Assembly: GCA_046155365.1 (NCBI GenBank) | Contig: JBJXFH010000124.1 | Coordinates: forward strand, 1,249-65,248 | DNA length: 64,000 bases | DNA from: Acidimicrobiales bacterium | Lineage (GTDB): Bacteria > Actinomycetota > Acidimicrobiia > Acidimicrobiales > CAIXPF01 | Direction of reading: 5' to 3' | Shown here: piece after piece, positions 8,481-16,491 of the stretch | How the letters are laid out: each line of letters starts with the position of its first letter | Position numbering within the stretch: position 1 is the first letter of the stretch | Translations under genes and position numbers: made by a program | Notes under the pieces: generated by a model | The model's input: only the letters and a program-made list of their open reading frames with translations | Told to the model about the DNA's origin: nothing | The model's database searches: none

Positions 8481-10471
8481 TCCCCGGCGCCGCCAGTGGG
8501 TACCGGTTTCTGTGGACCCCGTTGCAGCTGGGCCCGGTACGGACCCTCAACCGCATCGTGTTCTCAGCTCATCTCACCAACTACGCCCAGGGTGGCCGCC
8601 CCTCCGAGCAACACGCCGCCTATTACGAGGCTCGGGCAGCGGGTGGAGCCGGGCTGATCATCACCGAGGAACACTCGACCCACCCCACCGACTGGCCCTA
8701 CGAGAAGTTGATCCACGGGTTCCACCGTGAGGTCATCCCCGGCTACCGGCGCATCACCGAGGCTGTGCACCGCCACGGCACCCCGATCCTGGCGCAGCTC
8801 AACCACAACGGCGGCCAGGGCGGTTCGATGTACTCCCGGCTGCCGGTCTGGGCCCCTTCGGCGGTGGCCGATCCGTTATTCCGGGAAGTGCCCAAGGCCA
8901 TCACCCACGCCGAGATCGCCGAGGTCATCGCCGGTTACGCCCAGGTGGCCACGTACTGCGCTGAGGGCGGATTTGACGGCATTGAACTGCAATGCAGCCA
9001 TTCCTCCATTGTGCGGGGTTTCCTGTCCCCGGCCACCAACCGCCGTACCGATGAGTATGGCGGTTCACTGGAGAACCGGGCCCGGCTGTTGGTGCAGATC
9101 GTGCACGCCGTGCGCCAGGCCATCGGGCCCGGGCTGGCGTTGGGAGTGCGGCTGTGCGGGGACGAGCTCATCGAGGGCGGCACCACCATTGATGACGCCG
9201 TGGCCCTGGCGGTCATGGTGGAGGCCACCGGCAAGGTGGATTACCTCAACACCTCCATCGGGGTGGCCACCGCCAGCCTGTTCATGATCGAGGCGTCCAT
9301 GCACGTCCCGCCGGGCTACTCGCTGTTCATCCCCTCGGCGCTGCGGCGGGCCACCAACCTGCCCGTGGTCGGGGTGGGCCGCTTCAAGGATCCGCTGCAG
9401 GCCGAACGGGCCCTGGCCGAAGGTCATTGCGATCTGGTGGGGGTGGTCCGGGGTCAGATCGCGGACCCCGACTTCGCCGCCAAAGCCCGCTCCGGCAACG
9501 CCGAACAGATCCGGTTGTGTTTGTCCTGCAATCAGGAATGTGTGGGCCGCATGGGCCTCAACCGTTGGCTGGGCTGCATCGAGAACCCCCACACCGGGCG
9601 GGAGGCGATCAGGGCCGCCACGCTTGCCAGCTCCACCAGGTTCCCGAGGCGGGCAGTGTCGCGCCGGGTACTGGTCATCGGGGCCGGTCCGGCCGGGTTG
9701 CAAGCCGCCATCGCCGCCGCCCGGGGTGGCCATAAAGTCACGGTGTGGGAAAGCCACCACGCCGCCGGTGGCCTGGTTCGGGTGGCCGCCACCGTGCCCA
9801 ATCGCGCCGAGCTGGGTGACCTGGTCCGCAACCAGCTCATCGAGAGCCGCCGCCTCGGTGTGGAGATCCGCTACGACATCCACGCCGACGCCGCCGCTAT
9901 CACCGACATGGCGCCCGACCACGTGGTGGTGGCCACCGGTTCCCGACCGGCCCGGCCGTGGTGGGCCCCGCCCGAACTGCAGCGCATCGTGGACGTTCGT
10001 GACGTCCTTGAGGATGACGCCGCGCCCCAGGGCGAGGTGCTGGTCATCGATGAGATCGGTTTCCACCACGCCACCTCGGTGGGCGAGCTGCTGGCGGATC
10101 GGGGCTGTCGGGTGGAGATCGCCACCAACGGCATGGTGGTGGGCCAGGACCTGGGCGTCACGTTGGACATGGAGCTGTGGTGGATGCGGGCCACCCACAA
10201 GGGCATCTCGCAGACCACGGACCTGGTGCCCATGGGCTGCCGGGCCGAAGGTGCCCAGGTGGTTTTGGACCTGCTGCACCATCCCACCGGCCAGATGCAG
10301 GCCCGCATCGTGGACTGGGTGGTGTTGGCCGTGCCCCCCAGCCCCGCCGACGAGCTCTATCACCAACTACGCGCCGCCGGCGTGGTGGTGGAGCGGGTGG
10401 GCGATTGTGTCGCCCCCCGCCGGGCCCATGCCGCGGTGATCGATGGGGAGCGGGTGGGCAGCGCCATCTGA
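8477..10471 (+). CDS. FadH/OYE-family NADH:flavin oxidoreductase with 4Fe-4S and FAD/NAD(P) domain (mycofactocin-system OYE paralog 2-like)
   Basis: DGIELQCSHSSIVRGFLSPATNRRTDEYGGSLENRARLL, Cys cluster RLCLSCNQECVGRMGLNRWLGC, and VLVIGAGPAGLQAA. Confidence 0.85.
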   Translation: MIPGAASGYRFLWTPLQLGPVRTLNRIVFSAHLTNYAQGGRPSEQHAAYYEARAAGGAGLIITEEHSTHPTDWPYEKLIHGFHREVIPGYRRITEAVHRHGTPILAQLNHNGGQGGSMYSRLPVWAPSAVADPLFREVPKAITHAEIAEVIAGYAQVATYCAEGGFDGIELQCSHSSIVRGFLSPATNRRTDEYGGSLENRARLLVQIVHAVRQAIGPGLALGVRLCGDELIEGGTTIDDAVALAVMVEATGKVDYLNTSIGVATASLFMIEASMHVPPGYSLFIPSALRRATNLPVVGVGRFKDPLQAERALAEGHCDLVGVVRGQIADPDFAAKARSGNAEQIRLCLSCNQECVGRMGLNRWLGCIENPHTGREAIRAATLASSTRFPRRAVSRRVLVIGAGPAGLQAAIAAARGGHKVTVWESHHAAGGLVRVAATVPNRAELGDLVRNQLIESRRLGVEIRYDIHADAAAITDMAPDHVVVATGSRPARPWWAPPELQRIVDVRDVLEDDAAPQGEVLVIDEIGFHHATSVGELLADRGCRVEIATNGMVVGQDLGVTLDMELWWMRATHKGISQTTDLVPMGCRAEGAQVVLDLLHHPTGQMQARIVDWVVLAVPPSPADELYHQLRAAGVVVERVGDCVAPRRAHAAVIDGERVGSAI

Positions 10472-10526
10472 CATCGAGCGGCACCGCGAATGTTGCACGC
10501 CGTTCCCGTCCGCCACGAACAGCTCT

Positions 10527-11111
10527 ATGCTGCTGGACATGACTGCCAAGCCTTCCTACCTGGGTCTTCTCAACGCCATCAGCAACGCGGAGGGTGACGC
10601 CGAGTGCTTCTTGGGCGCGTGGGCCAAGACCACCACCCGAGATGATGTGCGTTCCATCATCAACACCGTCGCGCTGCGTGAGGGCGAGCACGCCAAGGCC
10701 TTCGCCAAGCGGATGTGTGAACTGGGTTTCGACGTGATGCCCAAGCAGGATCCCCGACTCGAGGAGAAAATGGCCATCGCCAGCTCCTGCGAGTTGAGTG
10801 ATCTTGAAAAGTTCCAGCGACTGGAGCTTGGTCTGGCCCCCGTTGAGGGCAAACCGGACATCTTCGCTTCGATGTTGGCTGATTCCTCCATCGACATCCA
10901 GACCGGGGCGCTTTTGGGTCGCTACATTGCTGAGGAGCGTGACAGCGGTCGTCTGTTCCAGTCCTGCCGTGGAGTTCTTGAGTCCGAGTGCGCACAGGAC
11001 GCCAATGCCACCATGAAAGCCGCCGTGACCAGCACGAACGGTGCTGCACCGGACCGTTTGGATCGCATCGAGGCGCTGCTGGAGCGGTTGGCGCAAAAAC
11101 TGGAAGCCTGA
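10527..11111 (+). CDS. hypothetical helical protein, possible ferritin-like fold
   Basis: ORF in the 10443-11111 frame with likely ATG at 10527 or 10539. Contains ...NAEGDAECF... and ...REGEHAKAF... (E ... ExxH half-site). Predicted helical with a coiled C-terminus. Noticeably more T/A-ending codons than its neighbours. Confidence 0.5.
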   Translation: MLLDMTAKPSYLGLLNAISNAEGDAECFLGAWAKTTTRDDVRSIINTVALREGEHAKAFAKRMCELGFDVMPKQDPRLEEKMAIASSCELSDLEKFQRLELGLAPVEGKPDIFASMLADSSIDIQTGALLGRYIAEERDSGRLFQSCRGVLESECAQDANATMKAAVTSTNGAAPDRLDRIEALLERLAQKLEA

Positions 11112-11230
11112 CCTCGGGCCGTGATTGGGGCTTGGTCCAGAGCTTGCTACGGCTGCGGCCAAGCCCCAGGGCTCGCGTAGACTTCCCCACGCCGGGCTGA
11201 GCTGAGCCGGTTAACCAGGTCGACGGTGGG

Positions 11231-12124
11231 TTGATCTGGATGTTGTGTTGGCGGAAATCGCCGGCCACCGGCGCTGGCGGCAGCGGGAGAGGGGCTAGTC
11301 CCTTGCAGACAACGGACAATGACAACGTGGCAACGGTCGCGGGCAGCGAGGAACCGATTGCCCAGCAATGGGCTCGGTACGGGCACGTGGTGCTGAACCA
11401 GCTGGTGGAACCCGCCGCCGTGCGTGAGGTCGGCACCATCATCGACGAGGTGTATGAGGGGTTCGACCAGCTCAAACCCGGTCCCCCCAGTGTTCGGGCC
11501 CGCCTTTTCGGGTACACCGTGCCCCCGCCCACCACCAAGTTCCTGCGTCCGGATGGCCAGGCCGGTTCTCTGGAAGTGAACTGGTTCACCAGGATCCGCC
11601 CCGAGGTCCGGGAGGGCACGCTGTTCCGGGCTCTGGAACGGGTGGCGGGGGAGCTGCTGGGCTGCGAACCGCAGTTCTACTTTGACCACGTGATCCGCAA
11701 GCCGGCGCAGATCGGCACCGGCACCTCGTGGCATCAGGACCGGGCCTACAACATGATGGAGATCCAGCGTCAGCGGGTGAACTTCTGGATACCCATGGCT
11801 GACACCGATGCCGCCGGGGGGTGCATGCAGTTCGTGCGCGGCAGCCACCTGAACGGGTTGCTCGGCCACCACCCGCTGCCGGATGATCCCACCAAGTACG
11901 CCCTCGAAGCAGACGGTGATCATGATCCGTCGGCCTTCCCGGTGCCGCTGCGGGCGGGCGGTGCGTCCATCCACCATCCACTGACCCTGCACAAGACGGC
12001 GCCCAACACGTCCCTCAACACCCGCTCGGCGTGGATCGTGCATTTCATTCGGCCACGTACAGTGGCGGAGCGGGTAAGCTTCGCCACTCGAAGGCTGCGT
12101 CCGGCCCAACCGCGACGGCTGTGA
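11231..12124 (+). CDS. phytanoyl-CoA dioxygenase (PhyH) family Fe(II)/2-oxoglutarate oxygenase
   Basis: TSWHQDRAY (HxD) plus distal His (IHHPLTLHKTAPN). Typical PhyH N-terminus WARYGHVVLNQLV. The true start is probably downstream of 11231 (ATG 11240 or a GTG near 11326). Confidence 0.75.
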   Translation: MIWMLCWRKSPATGAGGSGRGASPLQTTDNDNVATVAGSEEPIAQQWARYGHVVLNQLVEPAAVREVGTIIDEVYEGFDQLKPGPPSVRARLFGYTVPPPTTKFLRPDGQAGSLEVNWFTRIRPEVREGTLFRALERVAGELLGCEPQFYFDHVIRKPAQIGTGTSWHQDRAYNMMEIQRQRVNFWIPMADTDAAGGCMQFVRGSHLNGLLGHHPLPDDPTKYALEADGDHDPSAFPVPLRAGGASIHHPLTLHKTAPNTSLNTRSAWIVHFIRPRTVAERVSFATRRLRPAQPRRL

Positions 12125-12161
12125 TCGATACCGACCGAACGAAGGAAGTGAGCTGACCCCG

Positions 12162-13073
12162 GTGAAGCGCACTGTCGGCGTCATCGTCCCGGTGTACAAC
12201 GGGGCAGACTTCGTGCACCAAGCCTTGGCCTCCCTGGTCGCACAGTCGCGCCAGGTCGACCAGGTGGTGGTCATCGACGACGGTTCGGTGGACGAGTCCC
12301 TGACCAAGATCAAAGAGTGGACCGACCGGTTGCCGCTCACCGTCCTCGAGCAAGGTGCCAATGGCGGGGTCAGCGCCGCCCGTAACGCCGGGCTCGACGC
12401 GCTGGACACCGATTTGGTGGCGCTGCTCGATGCCGATGACGTGTGGTTTCCCGACCACGTGGAATTGTGCGTGCAGGCGCAGGACCGCTTCGGGGGCATC
12501 ATCTCACCTGGGGCCTTCATCTGGCACCCCGGTGGCTCGCTGCGGCCGTACAACAAGCAGCTACGCCTTGAGGTCCCGGCGCCACACAAGCAGCTGGCAT
12601 CGCTATTGCACCGGAACTTCGTGTTCGTGAGCGCCATGGTGGAGCTGGCCGAGGTCAAAGCCCAGGGTGGGTTCCGGCCGCACACGGTGGAGGACTGGGA
12701 CCTGTGGTTGCGGTTGGTGGCCAAGGGCTTGGTGGTCACCCAACTGGATCGGCCCACGGTGCTGTACCGGCGTCATCCGGGCAACTTCAGCCGGATGCGG
12801 TCCACCATCGTGCGCCAGGAGATCGAGCTGCTCGAACGGTTCCGCACCGAGCTGCCCGACCGTTACCAGCCGGTTATCCGTCGATCGGTCCGCCACCGTC
12901 AGAGTGAGTTGCAGGTGGCTGAGCACCTCGAAGCGGGGGACTACACCCGCCGGCAGATCCCGGCGTCGATGATGATCGGGGCCTTTCGCGGCGGCTGGCG
13001 GTCCAAGCTCAAGGCGTCCGTCGTGGTGGCGGCTCCCCGGTTGGCGTCGCGGCTGCACAACGATCGCCGCTGA
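12162..13073 (+). CDS. family 2 glycosyltransferase
   Basis: VGVIVPVYNGADFV, VVVIDDGSVDES, ARNAGL, LLDADDVW and EDWDLWLRL motifs. Paralogous to the two GT2s at 21.1-23.3 kb. Confidence 0.8.
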   Translation: MKRTVGVIVPVYNGADFVHQALASLVAQSRQVDQVVVIDDGSVDESLTKIKEWTDRLPLTVLEQGANGGVSAARNAGLDALDTDLVALLDADDVWFPDHVELCVQAQDRFGGIISPGAFIWHPGGSLRPYNKQLRLEVPAPHKQLASLLHRNFVFVSAMVELAEVKAQGGFRPHTVEDWDLWLRLVAKGLVVTQLDRPTVLYRRHPGNFSRMRSTIVRQEIELLERFRTELPDRYQPVIRRSVRHRQSELQVAEHLEAGDYTRRQIPASMMIGAFRGGWRSKLKASVVVAAPRLASRLHNDRR

Positions 13074-13138
13074 GCAACCGGCCTGGACGGGCCGCTACCG
13101 CCAGCGTTCGTGCTGAGGGCGGCGATGATCCGTGTGGC

Positions 13139-14554
13139 TCAGACCGGGGTGGGGGACGCTGCTTCGTCCATGGCGGGGCCCGAAGCCGAATTCGGTGTTG
13201 GCCCGGCCTGGTGTGACCTGGGTGGGCGGCGGATGGCCAGTGACACGTAGACCAGGTAGGCCGCTTGGCTGGTGGTGGTGACCAGCGCCGCGCCCACGAG
13301 GCCGTAGCGCCCCACCGCCAGCGTGATGGTGGTGGCCGTGATCACCGCCGCCAGGGTCAATGCCCGAGAGCTGGTACCGGGCCGGCCTTCCGCTTGGAGG
13401 GCCTGGCCGATGACGTTGGCCAGATCGAAGCAGACCTGGCCCGGCAGCAGCACGTACAGCGGGTTGAGCGAGCCCCGGAAGCTCTTCCCGAACAGCAGCG
13501 GGATCACGAACCCGGCGCTGAGCCCGATCGTTGTGGCCATCCCGATGGAACACACCGACATCCAGCGCAGACCCCGACGCAAGGTGGCGCGGCGGGCGGC
13601 ATGGTCAGGGGCGTCACGGATGTGCGGGAACACCGCCAGGCCCATCCCCACCGCCAGCGCCCCGCTGACCCCGGCCGCGGTCACCGCCACCGCGTACAAG
13701 CCCAGCTGTTCGGAGGCCACCAGACCCACCATCACGATCTGGTCCAACCGGCCCACCATCATCTGAGCCACCGAGCCCAACGCCACCCGCCAGCCGTAAT
13801 CCAGCTGCTTGCGGAAGGCGGACCACGAAAACCCCCGTGAGGGCCAACCCCAGGCGAACGTGAAGGTCACCGCGGCCGCGCCCAGGTTGGAAAAGAACGA
13901 GGCTTGCAGCGCGGAGATCAGGTTCAGGCGGTCCGTCAGGAACAACACCATGATCACCAGCGAGTTGCTGAGCAGCGCCAGGTGCCGTAAGGCGTTGAAG
14001 CGGACGTTGTCGCCCCGGCCGTTCACGTAGTTCAGGCAGGAGTACTGCGGGAGGATCGTCAGCGCCGCCAGCAGGAACAACCGGAACCAGATGACGGTGG
14101 CCGGGTCGTGGTCGTTGAGGTAGCGCGGGACGAACGGCCAGATCACCGCCACCACCGGTAACCCGACCAGCAGCGAGAAGAACCATGCCGACATGTTCAG
14201 CTCTCGCCGGTTCATGGTGGTGGCGTGGTACGCCGTCGCGGCAGGGATACCGAAGGTGGCCAACCACCCGAACAGTTGGGTGCCAACCAGCACCGCAGCC
14301 AGATCGCCCCGGCCCTCCGCGTCCAGTGCCCGAGCCAACATCGGGCCAGTGAGCACGCTCAGGCCGTACACGAACAGCTGGGAACCGGCGGTGAGCAGCG
14401 AGTCTCGTTGGTGCCGGTCCATTCCCGCCAGGCGTCGACCCAGGCCGCCGGGCAGGCGCAACGCCGAGGGCATCAACGGTGAGGAGCCGGGGCCAAGGAG
14501 GGCAACGCTGGGGGCATTGCGGTGTCTTTCTGCTGGGATCGGTTCTGCGGCCAT
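13139..14554 (-). CDS. polysaccharide/oligosaccharide flippase (MOP/Wzx-like) membrane protein
   Basis: 471-aa ORF that is highly hydrophobic with many predicted TM segments. It lies at the end of a sugar-biosynthesis operon. The start is uncertain. Confidence 0.7.
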   Translation of the reverse strand: MAAEPIPAERHRNAPSVALLGPGSSPLMPSALRLPGGLGRRLAGMDRHQRDSLLTAGSQLFVYGLSVLTGPMLARALDAEGRGDLAAVLVGTQLFGWLATFGIPAATAYHATTMNRRELNMSAWFFSLLVGLPVVAVIWPFVPRYLNDHDPATVIWFRLFLLAALTILPQYSCLNYVNGRGDNVRFNALRHLALLSNSLVIMVLFLTDRLNLISALQASFFSNLGAAAVTFTFAWGWPSRGFSWSAFRKQLDYGWRVALGSVAQMMVGRLDQIVMVGLVASEQLGLYAVAVTAAGVSGALAVGMGLAVFPHIRDAPDHAARRATLRRGLRWMSVCSIGMATTIGLSAGFVIPLLFGKSFRGSLNPLYVLLPGQVCFDLANVIGQALQAEGRPGTSSRALTLAAVITATTITLAVGRYGLVGAALVTTTSQAAYLVYVSLAIRRPPRSHQAGPTPNSASGPAMDEAASPTPV

Positions 14555-14654
14555 GTGCGGCGTTGTCCGACGCGGGGCAGGGCGTCAGAGCCTACTGAAC
14601 GCCCCCGGGCCGTCCGACCGCACCGCTGGCGCGGCGTGGGACGCAACCGACCAC

Positions 14655-15260
14655 TCAGGATGCCACCGGAACCAAACCGCGTTCCTCGTCGAGCAGCTCG
14701 TAACGCTCACCGCACGGACAGCGCAACTGCTCATCCAGCCTGGTGGCGCAGGCGCACACCCAGCCGATGCGCCGGGCGGGGTTGCCTGCCACCAGGGCGT
14801 GGGCGGCAACGTTGCGGGTGACCACCGCGCCGGCGGCCACAAAGGCCCGGGTGCCGATGGTGGTGCCGCAGACAATGGTGGCGTTGGCGCCGATGGTGGC
14901 CCCGGCCCGAACCAAGGTGGGCACCAGGGCGTCCCCGGAGCGCTTGATGTCCGCCCTGGGCAGCAGGTCATTGGTGAAGATCATGGCTGGACCCAGAAAC
15001 ACGTCGTCCTCAACGGTGACCCGGTCCCAGACCAACACCCCGTTCTTGACCGTTACCCGATTCCCCACCCGGGCGCCGGCCTCGATGAAGGCGTGGCCGC
15101 AGATGTTGCACCCGCCACCCACCACCGCGCCGGCCATGACATGAGCGAAGGCCCACACCCGGGTGCCGGGGCCGACCTGGTCGCTCTCGCACAGACCTCG
15201 GGGATGCACGAACACCTCGGCCCGGTCACCGTCGAGGTCCGCTGGCACCTTGTGGGTCAT
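14655..15260 (-). CDS. left-handed beta-helix N-acetyltransferase (WbpD/WlbB-like)
   Basis: Hexapeptide repeats. ...FLGPAMIFTNDLLPRA...GATIGANATIVCGTTIGTRAFVAAGAVVTRNV...VAGNPARRIGW aligns by eye to WbpD-type 3-amino-sugar acetyltransferases. ATGA-type overlap with the upstream aminotransferase. Confidence 0.8.
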   Translation of the reverse strand: MTHKVPADLDGDRAEVFVHPRGLCESDQVGPGTRVWAFAHVMAGAVVGGGCNICGHAFIEAGARVGNRVTVKNGVLVWDRVTVEDDVFLGPAMIFTNDLLPRADIKRSGDALVPTLVRAGATIGANATIVCGTTIGTRAFVAAGAVVTRNVAAHALVAGNPARRIGWVCACATRLDEQLRCPCGERYELLDEERGLVPVAS

Positions 15261-16378
15261 GCCAGCACCGCCTTGTGCAGGGACTCAACCACCCGCTCCT
15301 GTTGGGCGGCGGTGATGCCTGGGAACAACGGCAGTGACAACAACTCGGCGGCGGCGGCCTCAGCGACAGGGGCGGGGGCGTGGTCTCCGAGTGCGGCGAA
15401 CGCCGGTTGCAGGTGGATCGGTTGGGGATAGTGAATGCCCACGCCCACCCCGTCGGCCTCCATCGCCGCCAGCACGCGGTCGCGCTCCGCGACCCGGGTG
15501 ACATAGAGGTGCCACACGTGCACGTTGCCCGGCGCGGTGGCCGGGGTGCGGACGCCGGTGACGGTGCCCAGCAGGTCCTCGTAGCGGGCCGCGGCGTCCC
15601 GGCGCAGTTGGTTCCAGGACTCCAACCGGGCCAGTTTGGCGTTCAACGCCACCGCTTGCAGGGTGTCCAGCCGGGAGTTCATGCCGATCATGGAGTGCAC
15701 GTACTTGCGCTCGCTGCCGTGGTTGCGAAGGCAGCGCACGGTGGCCGCCAGCTCGGCGTCGTTGGTCAGTACCGCCCCGCCGTCACCGTAGGCCCCCAGG
15801 TTCTTGCCCGGGTAGAAGCTGGTAGCGGCCACCCGACCGAAGTTGCCCATGGCCACCCCACCCTGACGTGCCCCCTGGGACTGGGCGGCGTCTTCCACCA
15901 GCAGCAGCCCGTGGCGGGCACACAACGCCATCAGCTCGGTCATGGGCGCCAGCTGCCCGAACAGGTGCACGGCGATGACCGCTGCGGTCCGAGGGGTGAT
16001 GGCGGCGGTCACGGCGGCAGGATCGAGCAGCAGATAGCGGTCATCGACATCCACCATCACCGCCACGGCGCCGGCTCGGACAACCGCTTCGGCGGTGGCC
16101 ACGAAGCTGTTGGTCGGCAGGATCACCTCATCGCCGGGTCCGATGCCGCCGGCCCGTAACGCCAACTCGATGGCGTCGGTGCCGTTGGCCACGCCCAGGC
16201 AATGCCCGGTGCCGCAATAGTCGGCGAAGGCCGTTTCGAAGGCGGCTACCTCGGCCCCCTCGATGAAGGCGGTTCGGCCCAGCACGTCGGCGAAACCGGC
16301 CGCTACTTCGGCTTCGATCTGCCGGTGCTGCCAGCCCAGATCAACAAAGGGGATCTTCTGAGGCGAGGTGTTGGACAC
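15257..16378 (-). CDS. DegT/DnrJ/EryC1/StrS-family sugar aminotransferase (WbpE-like)
   Basis: ANGTDAIELAL, EDAAQSQGA, SFYPGKNLGAYGDGGAV, RNHG, NSRLDTLQA motifs. Confidence 0.85.
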   Translation of the reverse strand: MSNTSPQKIPFVDLGWQHRQIEAEVAAGFADVLGRTAFIEGAEVAAFETAFADYCGTGHCLGVANGTDAIELALRAGGIGPGDEVILPTNSFVATAEAVVRAGAVAVMVDVDDRYLLLDPAAVTAAITPRTAAVIAVHLFGQLAPMTELMALCARHGLLLVEDAAQSQGARQGGVAMGNFGRVAATSFYPGKNLGAYGDGGAVLTNDAELAATVRCLRNHGSERKYVHSMIGMNSRLDTLQAVALNAKLARLESWNQLRRDAAARYEDLLGTVTGVRTPATAPGNVHVWHLYVTRVAERDRVLAAMEADGVGVGIHYPQPIHLQPAFAALGDHAPAPVAEAAAAELLSLPLFPGITAAQQERVVESLHKAVLA

Positions 16379-16441
16379 CGTGGTTCCTTCAGGGTCGGGC
16401 GACCTTGTGGGGCCGCGCAGAGGGTGCCGGGGCCCGTTGTC

Positions 16442-16486
16442 GGCCTGGTCGGCCTGGTCGGGTTGGTCGGGTTGGTCGGGTTGGTC
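16442..16486. repeat. 9-bp tandem repeat (ggcctggtc x2, gggttggtc x3) in an intra-operon spacer
   Basis: Read directly: cggcctggtcggcctggtcgggttggtcgggttggtcgggttggtcgggg. It begins 6 nt from the GT4 stop. The plus strand carries G3-N6-G3-N6-G3-N6-G4 at 16460-16490. Confidence 0.9.
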
Positions 16487-16491
16487 GGGGT

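Noticed and set aside
6549-12757. Long minus-strand ORFs 6549-8234, 9065-10366, 10158-11162 and 11147-12757.
   Set aside because: They are antisense shadows of the OYE pair, the ferritin-like gene, PhyH and GT2. They have no motifs and a skewed R/G/P/H composition.
12162-13073. GT2 at 12162 as the missing mycofactocin glycosyltransferase MftF.
   Set aside because: It is much shorter than MftF-type proteins (as I recall them). It is paralogous to the two GT2s of the glycan locus and sits at the head of that locus. Nothing in the sequence supports the assignment.
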